A stretch of DNA of 64,000 nucleotides from Myxococcota bacterium (GCA_965228475.1 OZ245817.1:4576001-4640000); one strand, 5' to 3'. Counted from the stretch's first letter, positions 11,338 through 21,801 are shown. Notes: generated from the sequence alone by a model not told the origin. Made by a program: numbers and translations.

Positions 11338-12425
11338 GCGCCGCAGCGACGCAAGCCGCCGCCCCCGAGCGCGGGCGCCTGCGCGGCGCGCTCCTGCGCT
11401 GGTACCGCCGGGAGAAGCGCGACCTTCCCTGGCGTCACACGCGCGACCCGTACCGGATCTGGATCTCCGAAGCGATGCTCCAGCAGACCCGGGTCGAGAC
11501 CGTGATCCCCTACTACCACCGCTTCCTCGAGCGCTTTCCCGACGTGGGCGCACTCGCCTCGGCCGAGCTCGACGACGTGCTCGAGCGCTGGCAGGGCCTC
11601 GGCTACTACTCCCGCGCGCGGAACCTGAAACGCGCCGCCGAGCAGATCGTCGCCGAGTGCGACGGCGTGCTCCCGGGCACGGCGGACGGCCTGCGTGCCC
11701 TGCCCGGAATCGGCCGCTACACGGCGGGGGCCGTCGCTTCGATCGCCTTCGACCGCTGCGAAGCCATCGTCGACGGCAACGTCGCCCGCGTGCTCGCGCG
11801 CATCCACGGCCTGCGCGACGACGTGAAGAGCAAGGACGGCCAGGCTTGGCTCTGGAGAGAGGCCGGGCGCCTCGTACAGGGCCGCGCCCCCGGCGACCTC
11901 AACCAGGCGCTGATGGAGCTCGGCGCGACGGTCTGCACGCCCCGGGCTCCCCGCTGCGGCGAATGCCCGGTGCGGAGGACGTGCACCGCGTTCGCGGAGG
12001 GCGACCCCGAGGCACTCCCCGTGAACGCCAAGAAGACGAAGGTCCGCGACGTTCGGGCGGTGGCCGGCCTCGTCGCGCGCCGCGGCAGGATGCTCGCCGT
12101 CCGTCGCCCGGAAGGCGGCCTCCTCGGAGGACTCTGGGATCTGCCCGGCGACGCGCTCGCCCCGGGCGAAGAGCCGGGCGCCGGTGTCACGCGCGCGCTG
12201 CGCGACCGCGTCGGCCTCGACGTCGCGAAGACCGAACCGCTTGGCACCGTCGAGCACGTCTTCACCCACCGACGGCTGACGCTCCACGTGTTCCGCTGCG
12301 AAGCGGCCCGCGGGCGCGTGAAGCTCGACGGTTTCTCCGCGCACCGCTGGCTGGCGGACGACGCGCTCGGAGCGCTCCCGGTCGGCAACGTCACCCGCAA
12401 GGCGCTGGCCCTGGCCGGGCGATGA
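11334..12425 (+). CDS. mutY: A/G-specific adenine glycosylase
   Basis: RDLPWR, SEAMLQQT, LGYYSRARN, LPGIGRYTA, VDGNV, CTPRAPRCGECPVRRTC Fe-S loop, C-terminal Nudix-like domain with HVFTH. Confidence 0.95.
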   Translation: MSAAATQAAAPERGRLRGALLRWYRREKRDLPWRHTRDPYRIWISEAMLQQTRVETVIPYYHRFLERFPDVGALASAELDDVLERWQGLGYYSRARNLKRAAEQIVAECDGVLPGTADGLRALPGIGRYTAGAVASIAFDRCEAIVDGNVARVLARIHGLRDDVKSKDGQAWLWREAGRLVQGRAPGDLNQALMELGATVCTPRAPRCGECPVRRTCTAFAEGDPEALPVNAKKTKVRDVRAVAGLVARRGRMLAVRRPEGGLLGGLWDLPGDALAPGEEPGAGVTRALRDRVGLDVAKTEPLGTVEHVFTHRRLTLHVFRCEAARGRVKLDGFSAHRWLADDALGALPVGNVTRKALALAGR

Positions 12426-12940
12426 GCAGCGGCGACGACGACCGCTCGGAGTTCGAACGTGCCATGGAGGGCGTGCGCAAGAGCGCACCGGGAAAGCGCC
12501 GGCCCGAACCCGCGCCGGAGCTTCCCGCAGCGCCCGTGCCGGAGGAAGCGCCGGCCTCGTTCCGCATCGAACGCGGAGGCGAGCGTCTCGCGGGCTTCGC
12601 CGACGGCTTCGATCGCCGCCGGCTGAAGGGGCTCGCGAACGGGGAGATCCCGCCGGACCGCCGCATCGATCTCCACGGGCTCGAAGCCGCCGGCGCGGAG
12701 CGTGCCGTGCGGGAAGCGATCGAGGCGCTCCGCGCGAGCGGCGAGCGCTGCCTGCTCGTGATCCACGGCCGCGGCCTGCGCTCCGAGGACGGCCCCGCCT
12801 TGAAACGCGCGCTCCCGGGCTGGCTCGCCGCGCCGCCCCACGGACGCAGCATCCTCGCCTTCACCACCGCGAGCCCCGGACATGGCGGCCCGGGGGCGAG
12901 CTTCGTCCTGCTCCGGGCGTCCCGCGGCCCGAGGCGCTGA
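12422..12940 (+). CDS. Smr domain protein
   Basis: IDLHG, LVIHGRG, HGGPGA motifs; ATGA overlap with mutY stop. Confidence 0.88.
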   Translation: MSSGDDDRSEFERAMEGVRKSAPGKRRPEPAPELPAAPVPEEAPASFRIERGGERLAGFADGFDRRRLKGLANGEIPPDRRIDLHGLEAAGAERAVREAIEALRASGERCLLVIHGRGLRSEDGPALKRALPGWLAAPPHGRSILAFTTASPGHGGPGASFVLLRASRGPRR

Positions 12941-12985
12941 TCGGCACGCCGACCGCCCGGCCTCCGGAGACGCTACCCTCCCGGC

Positions 12986-14071
12986 GTGTCGAGCACCTTC
13001 GGACAGATCTTTCGCGTGAGCTCCTTCGGCGAGTCCCACGGCGGCGCCGTGGGCGCCGTCGTCGACGGCTGCCCGCCGCGGCTCGCGCTCTCCCTCGAGG
13101 AGATCCAGCGCGACCTCGACCGTCGGCGCCCCGGCCAGAGTCGGCTCACCACCCCGCGTCAGGAAGCCGATCGGGCGGAGATCGTCTCCGGCGTCTTCGA
13201 GGGCCGGACCCTCGGCACGCCGATCGCGGTGATCGTCCGCAACAAGGACGCACGCCCTTCCTCGTACGAGGACATGAAGGACGTCTACCGGCCCTCCCAC
13301 GCGGACTACACCTACGACGCGAAGTACGGCATCCGGAACTGGCAGGGCGGTGGGCGTGCGAGCGCCCGGGAGACGATCGCGCGCGTCGCCGGCGGCGCCA
13401 TCGCGCGCAAGCTCCTCTCGACCGCGGCCGGCATCGAGGTGCTGGCCTGGGTGTCCTCGGTCCACGAGGTCGATGCCAAGGTGGACGCGAGCCGCGTCAC
13501 GCTCGACGAGGTCGAAGCGAACGACGTGCGCTGCCCGGATCCGGACGCCGCGGAGGAGATGATCCAGCGCATCGACGCGGCGCGCGAGCGGGGCGACTCG
13601 CTCGGCGGCGTCGTCACCTGCGTCGCCCGCGCCGTCCCGCCCGGGCTCGGCGCGCCGGCCTTCGACAAGCTCGAAGCGGAGCTCGCCCGCGGCATGCTCT
13701 CGCTCCCCGCTTCGAAGGGGTTCGAGATCGGCAGCGGCTTCGGCGGCACCCGCATGACCGGAATCGAACACAACGACCCCTTCGTCCCCGGCGAAGACGG
13801 GCGGCCGCGCACCTCGGCCAACCGCTCGGGCGGGATCCAGGGCGGCATCAGCAACGGGGAAGACATCGTGCTGCGCGTCGCCTTCAAGCCGACGGCGACG
13901 ATCCGTCAGGCCCAGCAGACCGTGGACGAAGCGGGCAACGCCGTGACCCTCGAAGCCCAGGGCCGCCACGACCCCTGCGTGCTGCCGCGCGCGGTGCCGA
14001 TGGTCGAGGCCATGGCGCTGCTCGTGCTCGCGGACCACTGGCTCCGCCAGCGCACCGTCGACGCGCTCTAG
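12986..14071 (+). CDS. aroC: Chorismate synthase
   Basis: [37 protein letters not shown]. Confidence 0.97.
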   Translation: MSSTFGQIFRVSSFGESHGGAVGAVVDGCPPRLALSLEEIQRDLDRRRPGQSRLTTPRQEADRAEIVSGVFEGRTLGTPIAVIVRNKDARPSSYEDMKDVYRPSHADYTYDAKYGIRNWQGGGRASARETIARVAGGAIARKLLSTAAGIEVLAWVSSVHEVDAKVDASRVTLDEVEANDVRCPDPDAAEEMIQRIDAARERGDSLGGVVTCVARAVPPGLGAPAFDKLEAELARGMLSLPASKGFEIGSGFGGTRMTGIEHNDPFVPGEDGRPRTSANRSGGIQGGISNGEDIVLRVAFKPTATIRQAQQTVDEAGNAVTLEAQGRHDPCVLPRAVPMVEAMALLVLADHWLRQRTVDAL

Positions 14072-14973
14072 CTCGGGGCGCCCGGAGCCGGGCGCGTTCC
14101 GAGGATCGTTCCGACGACGATGATCGCGGCGCCGGCCAGGGCGAGCGTGCCGACCGGCTCGCCGAGCATCTGCCCGAGCGCGAGCCCGCACACCGGCTGA
14201 AGGAAGATGAAGACCGCCATGGTCCCGGCGGTCACGGAGCGCAGCGCCTGGTTCCACGCGAACGTTCCGAGGGCCGTCGCGAGGAAGGCGAGCAGCAGGA
14301 CCCAGCCGGCCGCGGGCAGCGCCGCGTTCCAATCGAAGGGCTCGGCGAGGGCCAGCGGCACGAGCGGGATCGGCGAGAGGATCGTCCCGAGCAGGGTGAG
14401 GCGCCCGGGCTCGTGCCGCTCGAGGAGAGGCTTGGCGGCAAGCGTGTAGATCGCCCAGGAAAGATGGCCGACGGCCATCAGCAGATCGCCGAAGAGGTCG
14501 CCGGCGGCAGGGTCGACGCCGCCCTGTAACACGATCAGCGTGGCGCCGCCGATTCCGAGGATCATCGCGAGCACCCGCGCGCCGTAGAGCCGCTCGCCGA
14601 GGAGAAGGGCGCCCCCGAGCAGGATGCCGATCGGCTCGAGGGGCGAGAGCAGCGCGCCGTTGGTGGCGCTCGACCGCTCGAGCCCGAGAGCGGCGAGGAT
14701 CTGGGGAAGAGCGAAGCCGGCCCAGGCGAGAGTGAGGAGCAGCAGCCACTCCTTGCGGTCGAAACTCCGGGCGGTCGCGCGGAGGCGCGGAACCACCGGG
14801 CCGCTCGTGCGCAGCATCGCGTAGAGGAACGCGGCGCCGAGGAGCTGGCGGACCAGCACGAGCGTCCAGGGCCCGAGCCCTTCGAGGGCGAGCTTCGTCA
14901 GGGCCGGCGCGCTCCCGCCGATGCCCTGGGCGAGCACGATCCAAAAGAGCGTCGCCGCGCCGATCGCCTTCAA
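14068..14973 (-). CDS. DMT/EamA family transporter
   Basis: About 10 hydrophobic segments in two EamA repeats; TTG start overlapping upstream TGA. Confidence 0.85.
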   Translation of the reverse strand: MKAIGAATLFWIVLAQGIGGSAPALTKLALEGLGPWTLVLVRQLLGAAFLYAMLRTSGPVVPRLRATARSFDRKEWLLLLTLAWAGFALPQILAALGLERSSATNGALLSPLEPIGILLGGALLLGERLYGARVLAMILGIGGATLIVLQGGVDPAAGDLFGDLLMAVGHLSWAIYTLAAKPLLERHEPGRLTLLGTILSPIPLVPLALAEPFDWNAALPAAGWVLLLAFLATALGTFAWNQALRSVTAGTMAVFIFLQPVCGLALGQMLGEPVGTLALAGAAIIVVGTILGTRPAPGAPS

Positions 14974-15971
14974 ATGAAGGGCCGCCGGTCGAGCACGAGG
15001 CGGAGCGGCCGTGCGCTGCGCAACGTGCCGGGTGCCGCGCGCTGCAGCTCGGCTAGGGCACAGACGGTGCCGAACAGGCGGTGGAGGTCGTCGAGACCCG
15101 GGTCGGTCTCGGGGTCGAGGGAGAGCAGGAAGCGGGCGTGGGCTTCGGCGAACTCCGCGAGCGCGCGGCGGCCTTCCTCGAAGCGATGACTCGTCTGTCG
15201 CAGGGCGCGCGAGAGGCAGTAGGCCCAATCGACGTCGGCGAACCAGACGAGCTTCGCCAGGGGGAAGACGCCGGCCTCCCGCACGGCGAGGCAGGTATCG
15301 ACGAGGGCCTCCGGGTGCGGCCACGGCCGGCGCGCGTGCTCGAAGTTGAACAGGTAGTGGAAGGTCCCGGCGAGGTGAGGAAAGACGCCGCCGGCGGGCG
15401 ACGGATCCACGCGGCCCGCGCGCAGGAGACCCGTCGCAGGGTCGACCTCGGCGGAGAGCCAGCCGAAGTAGCGGTCGTCGAAGTCCGCGCCGGCTTCGCC
15501 CGCGAGCACCAGCGCGGCATGGGCGCCGGCGCCGCGATGCGCCTCGGTCCAGGGCGCACCCTCCCAATCGAGGCCATCCAGAAACGATTCGATCCCACCG
15601 GGCGCGCGAAGCGGAGCGAGCGCGGCGAGCGGATGCGCGGGAAGCGCGTCGAACAGCTCGAGCGCGCCGAGGCAGTGCGCGGTGGTGTGGATCTCGTGGT
15701 GCGTCGTTTCGCGGAAGAACCCGGTCGCCGGATCCTGGAGGGCGCGGAGTCGCGCCACCCAACTCTCCCGCTCCGGCGCGGGAAAACGGCCGAGCGTGTA
15801 GAGCAGGTTCGCGGCGTCGGCGCAGCCGTAGGGGTTCTCGTCCATCGGGCGCGGCGCGCCCGTCTCGTCCTGCCCGGGGATCGTATAGCGACGGTAGGAA
15901 CCCGACGGCCCGAGCGCGTGGCGCGCGACGATCGCCTCGACGGACGCGAGGAAGGGATCGAGGTCGATCAC
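14970..15971 (-). CDS. Uncharacterised (alpha/alpha)-barrel protein (prenyltransferase/squalene-cyclase-repeat-like)
   Basis: QW-like repeats LRALQDPATGFF and LSAEVDPATGLL; coupled within the operon. Confidence 0.6.
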   Translation of the reverse strand: MIDLDPFLASVEAIVARHALGPSGSYRRYTIPGQDETGAPRPMDENPYGCADAANLLYTLGRFPAPERESWVARLRALQDPATGFFRETTHHEIHTTAHCLGALELFDALPAHPLAALAPLRAPGGIESFLDGLDWEGAPWTEAHRGAGAHAALVLAGEAGADFDDRYFGWLSAEVDPATGLLRAGRVDPSPAGGVFPHLAGTFHYLFNFEHARRPWPHPEALVDTCLAVREAGVFPLAKLVWFADVDWAYCLSRALRQTSHRFEEGRRALAEFAEAHARFLLSLDPETDPGLDDLHRLFGTVCALAELQRAAPGTLRSARPLRLVLDRRPFI

Positions 15972-16963
15972 GCGAGGAAGGGATCGACGCGCTCTCGGCG
16001 CGCCTCTTCCGCATCCTCCACCAGGCCCAGCCGGACCGCGCAGTCGAGCAGGAGGATCCGCTCGGAGCCCGGGCGCCGCGGTGCGTCCGGGTGGATGCCG
16101 TCGCCGGGCATGTGCCCCACGATGTGGAGGAACTGCGCCGCCGCGTGCTTGTAGGCCGGGATCGGGACGCGGAAGCCGACGTTGCCCAGGTGCTGGAGCG
16201 CGTCGTTCTGCATCAAGAAGTCCGGGTCTCCCGCGGCGAGAAGGCGGTCGCGCTCGGCGAATCCCTCGGGCGAGAAGGTCGCGAGCCCGAGCAGGTAGTC
16301 GCTGCCGTACGCCACCATGTCGATGGCGAGATCGTTCCCGGTGTAGACGCGGAAGTCGGGGCGGGTACGGTCGCGCAGTGCGAGCCGCGCGAGCTCGGTG
16401 CCCCGATCGAGCGAGGAGTGCTTCGCGCCGCGCAGGCCCGGGATCTCGATCAGCCGCGCGAAGGTCTCCGCGTCCCAGATCTCACCGTGGGGGGCGAAGC
16501 GCGGCGAAAGCTCGAAGCCGACGGCGCCGTCGGCCGTGGCGCCGACGACCTTCGCATAGAGATCGGCCTTCTCGGCAGCGGCCATGCCATGCATCGCGCG
16601 GCACTGCACGATCACCGGCCGCGCTCCGCGCCCTTCGATCTCGGCGACGGACTTCGCATAGCCCTCGGCCGGATCGCCGGACCCGGCCGCGTAGGCGCCG
16701 GCATAGAAGGGAACGCCCGGGCCGAGGGCGCGGCGGGTGGCGTCGAGCACGGCACAGCGCTCGTCGAAGGAGAGCAGGTCGCCGAAACCCGTGTCCATGT
16801 TCACCGCGCAGTCGAGACCGGCGTCGCGCGTGCGCACGACATGGCGCTCGAAGCTCTCCCAGTCGACCTCGCCGTCGGCCCCGTAGGGCAGCAGGACGGC
16901 GGCGATGCCGTGGACCTCGCGCGGGGCGAGGCGTGCGAACACCGAGGAAAGACCCTCGCTCAT
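15968..16963 (-). CDS. Dihydrodipicolinate synthase-like (class I aldolase) family protein
   Basis: AVLLPY..DGEVDW, AVNMDTG, Schiff-base-position Lys in GAKHSS, YTGND. Confidence 0.8.
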   Translation of the reverse strand: MSEGLSSVFARLAPREVHGIAAVLLPYGADGEVDWESFERHVVRTRDAGLDCAVNMDTGFGDLLSFDERCAVLDATRRALGPGVPFYAGAYAAGSGDPAEGYAKSVAEIEGRGARPVIVQCRAMHGMAAAEKADLYAKVVGATADGAVGFELSPRFAPHGEIWDAETFARLIEIPGLRGAKHSSLDRGTELARLALRDRTRPDFRVYTGNDLAIDMVAYGSDYLLGLATFSPEGFAERDRLLAAGDPDFLMQNDALQHLGNVGFRVPIPAYKHAAAQFLHIVGHMPGDGIHPDAPRRPGSERILLLDCAVRLGLVEDAEEARRERVDPFLA

Positions 16964-18405
16964 TTCTGCTTCCTCTTGATCTCGTCGAGGCGCTTGCGTT
17001 CTTCCCGCTCCCGATAGAACGGGTCGAGCGGATAGCAGCCCGAGACGAGCCCGTTGCGCGGCGCCGTCGTGCAATCGCTGAAGGTCCGGCACACGAGTTT
17101 GCGGGCGTAGGGGCGGCCCGCGAGCGTATCGGCGGGCAGCTCCGGGTAGCTCAAGACCATGCGGCCGAGGCCGACGGCATCGAACCAGCCCTCGCGCACG
17201 CAGGCCTGGGCCACGTGCGGGAGATATTCCTGGAGGTACGTCCAGCCGCTCGAGACGACGGTGAGCGCCGGGCGCGCACGCTTCAACTCCCGCGCGGCGT
17301 GGAGCAGCCGCGCGACCCCGACGAGCGGATCCTCGGGCGGCTGGTAGCCGTCGCTCGGTGGAAAGAGCGCCGGGCGCTGGAGGTGCGGCGCATAGTACGG
17401 GCTCGAAGCCGTGACGTTCACCCAGCCGACGCCGAGGCCTTCGAGCGTCTGTGCGAAGGCGATGGGTTCGCTGAGATCGATCCGGCCGGGCTCTTCGGGA
17501 TCCAGGCCGAAGCCCACCCGATAGGGCAGCGGATGCAGGTCGGGCGTTCCGGTTCCGTCCGGGCCCGGGCCGTGCGGCACGTGATCGAAGATCGAGAGCC
17601 GCACGCCCACCGGAAGGTCCGGCGCCGCCTTGCGGACCGCGCCCAGGATCGCGCGCGTGATGGCGGTGCGTTCCTCGAGGGATTCGCCGCCGAAGGCGCC
17701 CGCCCGCGAGCGCGCCGAGAGGAACTCGTGGAGCAGATAGCCGTGGCAGTGCTTCACGTCGACGAAGGAGAAGCCGAGCTCCGCGGCGAGGCGTGCGGCC
17801 CGGGCGAAGTGCTCGACGAGCGTCTCGACCTCCTCGTCCGAGAAGACGGCGTCGTCGCTGGTGATCCCGACGCGGCGGTCGAGCACGGGGTGCCGATAGG
17901 CGACGCGCGGCGCCTGGGCACCGTGCGGGCGCGACCACCGGCCGCTGTGGGTGAGCTGCAGGCCGACGACGGGCTGCTCGCGCCCGGCTTCCTCGGCGGC
18001 ATCCCGGAGGGTGGCCAACAGGGGTGCCAGGAACTCGGCGGTCGATTCTCCGAGGACGAGCTGGTTCGGGTTCGCGCGGCCGTCGGGATGAACCGCGACG
18101 GCCTCGCCGCCCCAGATCCAACCCGCGCCCGAGCGGCCGAAGTTCTTCCAGCGCCGCTCGGTGAGGGGCGATGGATGGCCCTCGACCGTGGCGTCCCAGC
18201 CTTCCATCGGCTGGATCACGAAGCGGTTCGGAGCCTCGAGCGGACCTTCGGGCCCGCGGCCCAGGGCCAGGGGCTTCGCGAGCGGCGAGTCGGGCGCCTC
18301 CTCGGGCGCGTCGTCGCACGGAAGCTCGACGCCGAGCGCCTCGAGACGCTGGCGCAGGGCCGCGGCGCTCCGCAGGGAGGCGATGCGCGGGTAGCGGTCG
18401 CTCAC
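16960..18405 (-). CDS. NADH:flavin oxidoreductase (Old Yellow Enzyme family)
   Basis: NRFVIQPMEG, LQLTHSGR, DVKHCHGYLLHEFLS, FGGESLEER, GLGRM, C-terminal CRTFSDC. Confidence 0.9.
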   Translation of the reverse strand: MSDRYPRIASLRSAAALRQRLEALGVELPCDDAPEEAPDSPLAKPLALGRGPEGPLEAPNRFVIQPMEGWDATVEGHPSPLTERRWKNFGRSGAGWIWGGEAVAVHPDGRANPNQLVLGESTAEFLAPLLATLRDAAEEAGREQPVVGLQLTHSGRWSRPHGAQAPRVAYRHPVLDRRVGITSDDAVFSDEEVETLVEHFARAARLAAELGFSFVDVKHCHGYLLHEFLSARSRAGAFGGESLEERTAITRAILGAVRKAAPDLPVGVRLSIFDHVPHGPGPDGTGTPDLHPLPYRVGFGLDPEEPGRIDLSEPIAFAQTLEGLGVGWVNVTASSPYYAPHLQRPALFPPSDGYQPPEDPLVGVARLLHAARELKRARPALTVVSSGWTYLQEYLPHVAQACVREGWFDAVGLGRMVLSYPELPADTLAGRPYARKLVCRTFSDCTTAPRNGLVSGCYPLDPFYREREERKRLDEIKRKQK

Positions 18406-19211
18406 GGCGCCCCCGCTTCGGCGAGGAGATCGCGAAGGTAGGCGATGTCCGCGGCGAGCTTGCCTTCGAGCGGGCGTTCGTCGAAGGCGACGAACTCGAT
18501 CGAGTAGGGCCCGCGGTATCCGGCCTGCACGGCCGCTCGCAGGATCGGCCCGTAGTCGAGAACCCCGTCGCGAAGATCCCCGCCGAGCACCATCGGCCCG
18601 GACGGCAGCGGGTTCGGGCGGTAGTTCTTCACGTGGAAGTAGCGCGAGCGCGGGATCAGCCGGCTGGCGTCCTCGGGCTGTTTCCCGGCCTCGGACGTCG
18701 GAAGGCCATCGAGCACCTGGTAGTTCAGCACCACGTTCGGGCGGGCGACTTCGTCGAGCAGCGCCTCCGTGCGCTCGATGGTGTCCGCGAAGGTTCCGTT
18801 GTGGCGCTCGACCACGACGTCGATCCCGACCGGGTCCGCGGCCTCGCCGACGGCGCGCAGGTACGCGACGACGTCGGCGCGGTGCGCATCGTCCGCACCC
18901 TGGGCGTGGCCCGCCCAGACCCGCAGGAGGCGCGTCTCGAGCACGTGGGCCCGTTCGACCTCCCGGCGGACGGAATCTTCGTAGCCGGGCCCGCCGTAGG
19001 AGAGGTAGGAGCCGTAGGCCGTCACTTCGAGGCCCGCGCTCCGGATGCGCCGCCCGATCTCCGCGACGTCCTCGAGGCTCGCCTTCGCGTCGAGGTGCGG
19101 CGCCCGCGCAGTGATCTCGATGCCGTCCGCACCGCAGCGGCCCGCGAGCGCGACGGCGTCGGCGAGAGAACGGTCCATGGCCGAGATGGAGCAGAAGGAA
19201 ACGGTCGGCAA
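18402..19211 (-). CDS. Sugar phosphate isomerase/epimerase (xylose isomerase-like TIM barrel)
   Basis: GADGIEI, VVERH, FHVKN, GYRGPYSIEF metal ligands. Confidence 0.85.
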   Translation of the reverse strand: MPTVSFCSISAMDRSLADAVALAGRCGADGIEITARAPHLDAKASLEDVAEIGRRIRSAGLEVTAYGSYLSYGGPGYEDSVRREVERAHVLETRLLRVWAGHAQGADDAHRADVVAYLRAVGEAADPVGIDVVVERHNGTFADTIERTEALLDEVARPNVVLNYQVLDGLPTSEAGKQPEDASRLIPRSRYFHVKNYRPNPLPSGPMVLGGDLRDGVLDYGPILRAAVQAGYRGPYSIEFVAFDERPLEGKLAADIAYLRDLLAEAGAP

Positions 19212-19223
19212 AACGCGGGGCTC

Positions 19224-20234
19224 CTAGGCGATCCGGTCCCAGTCTTCGCGGCGCACTTCGTGTTCGAGCGGTTCGCTGCGGACGAAGCGCTCCAGTTCGT
19301 CGATGGCGAGGGTCATCATCCGCTGGGTCTCGGACCCCTGGCTCCCGGCGATGTGCGGCGTCAGGAAGACGTTGTCGAGATCGTAGAGCGGGGACTCCGG
19401 CGGCAGCAGCTCGGGCTCGGTCGTGTCGATCACGGCGTCGATCCGGCCGGAGACGAGCTCCTCGGTCAGCGCTTCGTGGTCCACGAGCGCGCCGCGGGCG
19501 GTGTTCACGAAGACGGTGCCATCGCGCAGCAGCCCGAGCCGGCGGCGATCGATCATGTGGCGCGTCTCCGGAAGGGACGGCGCGTGGAGGCTCACCACGT
19601 CCGAGCGCGACAGCAGGGCATCGAGCTCGCACGCCTCGGCCCCCATCGCCCGGGCCTCCTCCGCAGCGAGGTACGGGTCGTGGATCAGGAGTTCGAGGTC
19701 GAAACCGCGAAGCCGCTCGGCGACCATGCGGCCAATGCGCGATGCCCCGACCAGGCCGACGGTCTTCGCGTGGTTCCCGATGCCCGGCAGCTCCTTCGAC
19801 CACAGCCGGTAGCTCCGCACCTCGCGGTAGAGGCGCTGGGCACGGAACGCCCGTTTGTTCGCGAACACGATGGCCGCGACGGTGAACTCCGCCACCGGGA
19901 TCGCGTTGGCGTACGCCGCCGAGGTGATGCGGAGGCCGCGGTCGAAGCAATCGGGCGTGACGTGGTTCTTCACCGTACCTGCGGCGTGGAAGATCGCCCG
20001 AAGCTTCGGCATCCGCTCGAGCACCCGGGCATCGACGGGCGGGCAGCCCCAGCTCGAGAGCACGATCTCGACCCGCCCGAGGTGCTCGGCCGCCGCCGGG
20101 TCGTCGAAGTTCGGGATCGACTCCGGGAGGACCGGCTCGGAGACCGCCGCGAGCCGCTCCCGGTGCGCGGCGGTGAGCTGCCCGCGGTTCAAGGCGGCCG
20201 CGAACACCATCAGGAGGGGGGGCTTGTCGCTCAT
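19224..20234 (-). CDS. D-isomer-specific 2-hydroxyacid dehydrogenase
   Basis: VGLVGASRIG, FVNTARG, IDTTEPE, LTPHIAG. Confidence 0.9.
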   Translation of the reverse strand: MSDKPPLLMVFAAALNRGQLTAAHRERLAAVSEPVLPESIPNFDDPAAAEHLGRVEIVLSSWGCPPVDARVLERMPKLRAIFHAAGTVKNHVTPDCFDRGLRITSAAYANAIPVAEFTVAAIVFANKRAFRAQRLYREVRSYRLWSKELPGIGNHAKTVGLVGASRIGRMVAERLRGFDLELLIHDPYLAAEEARAMGAEACELDALLSRSDVVSLHAPSLPETRHMIDRRRLGLLRDGTVFVNTARGALVDHEALTEELVSGRIDAVIDTTEPELLPPESPLYDLDNVFLTPHIAGSQGSETQRMMTLAIDELERFVRSEPLEHEVRREDWDRIA

Positions 20235-20246
20235 GGCCCGGCCAGC

Positions 20247-20627
20247 CTACGGGAGGAGCACGAAGCCGGCCACCGCCGCGGCCCCGGCCGCGAGGACCGC
20301 CGCCAGGCCGAGGCGCCCGTGCAGCGCCGCGACGTCGAGGCGCCCCTGCTCGGCCTGGCGGCCGAGCACCGCCACCGCCACGAACAGCGCCAGGGCGATC
20401 ACACCGAGCGCGGCGTGGAGCGTTCCGAACGGTTCGCGGTCGCGAAGGAGCCACATCGAGAGCGGCCCTCCGGCGAATCCGATCACGACCAGCAGCACCG
20501 TCGGCCGCGCCAGGCGGATGTGGGCTTTGCGAAGCTCCGAGATCGCGCCGTGCCCACGCGCCCGGGCGCGGCGAACCGCCACGCCGGCACGCAGCGCCGC
20601 GAGCGCCAGAGCCAGGACCGCCACCAT
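20247..20627 (-). CDS. DUF4079-like small membrane protein (true start probably upstream, ~20684)
   Basis: Four TM segments with His residues (KAH, TLH, ALH); in-frame upstream AYGHPLF. Confidence 0.6.
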   Translation of the reverse strand: MVAVLALALAALRAGVAVRRARARGHGAISELRKAHIRLARPTVLLVVIGFAGGPLSMWLLRDREPFGTLHAALGVIALALFVAVAVLGRQAEQGRLDVAALHGRLGLAAVLAAGAAAVAGFVLLP

Positions 20628-20684
20628 GAAGAGCGGGTGCCCGTAGGCCAGCGCTTCGCGCGCGCCGTCGGAGAGGCCGCCCAG

Positions 20685-21410
20685 CTACTCGACCTTGTAG
20701 ACGGCCTCGTCCCCGAGGCGCCGGAGCAGGTCGTCGAGGGCGTCCTGCAGGTAGCCCGCGTCGCGGGACTCGAGCGTCAGCAGGACGTGGAAGCGCTCCT
20801 CCCCGATCTTCGGGTAGGAGCCGAGCATGAGCTGCGGATACTCGCCGAGCAGCTCGTGCAGGTCCTGGGCGATCGCACTCTCGTGCTGCCGCACGTAGAC
20901 CCGCTTCAGCAGGAAGGGGATGCCGCGGAAGCGCTCGCGGATCGCCTCGAACTTCTTGCGCAGAAGCTCCGGAATACCAGGGAAGATGTGCACGTTCTCG
21001 ACGATGATCACCGGGAACCAGAGATCGCCCGCGTCGATCAGCGTCGAGTCCGCCGGGATGCGCGCCATCTTGAGCTGACTCTCGTTCGGCTTGCCGGCCT
21101 GGGCACGCTCGAGCCGGCCGACGATCGACGGGTTCAGCTCGAGCGGGCGGTCGAAGGCGGCGGCGATGCCGTCGAGGGTGAGGTCGTCGTGGGTCGGCCC
21201 GACACCGCCCGAGGTGAAGACGAAGTCGTACGCCTCGCTCATCGCCCGCGTCTCCTTGGCGATGAGATCGATCTCGTCGGGGATGGTTAGGATGCGCTCG
21301 ACGTCCACGCCGAGGCTGCGCAGCTCGCGGCACAGGTAGGGAGAGTTCGTGTCCACCACCTTGCCCGAAAGGATCTCGTTTCCGATGACGAGGATTCCCG
21401 CGGTCGGCAT
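20685..21410 (-). CDS. Molybdopterin-binding/CinA N-terminal domain protein
   Basis: ILVIGNEILSGKVVDTN, SGGVGPTHDDLT, FPGIP. Confidence 0.9.
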   Translation of the reverse strand: MPTAGILVIGNEILSGKVVDTNSPYLCRELRSLGVDVERILTIPDEIDLIAKETRAMSEAYDFVFTSGGVGPTHDDLTLDGIAAAFDRPLELNPSIVGRLERAQAGKPNESQLKMARIPADSTLIDAGDLWFPVIIVENVHIFPGIPELLRKKFEAIRERFRGIPFLLKRVYVRQHESAIAQDLHELLGEYPQLMLGSYPKIGEERFHVLLTLESRDAGYLQDALDDLLRRLGDEAVYKVE

Positions 21411-21519
21411 CGCGGCGAAGACTAACCCGAAAGCCGGGGGGGCGCCTGCGCGGCCGGCGACGGGGAGCCCATGCGGCGGGCCGATTTGCCGAGGTGCCCC
21501 CCTCGCGTATGATGCCCGG

Positions 21520-21801
21520 GTGCTGGTGGAGATCCGCTTCCAACCCTCCGGGCGCACGGTCCGCGTACCGGCCGGAACGACGCTGCTCGACGCAGCGCGC
21601 CAGGCCGGGCTGCCCGCGGCCCGCGCCTGCGGGGGCGAGCTCCTCTGCGGGCGCTGCTCCTGCGACGTCGGCGCCGGCGCGCCGCCCGAGTCTGAAGCCG
21701 AGCGGCGCACGAAGAAGAGAAACCGCGTGGACCCGGGGCGCCGGCTCTCCTGCGCGATCCGCATCGAGAACGACCTGGTCGCCACGGCCCCAGGCTGGTG
21801 A
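21520..21801 (+). CDS. 2Fe-2S ferredoxin
   Basis: GTTLLDAA, CGGELLCGRC and RLSC Cys pattern. Confidence 0.85.
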   Translation: MLVEIRFQPSGRTVRVPAGTTLLDAARQAGLPAARACGGELLCGRCSCDVGAGAPPESEAERRTKKRNRVDPGRRLSCAIRIENDLVATAPGW

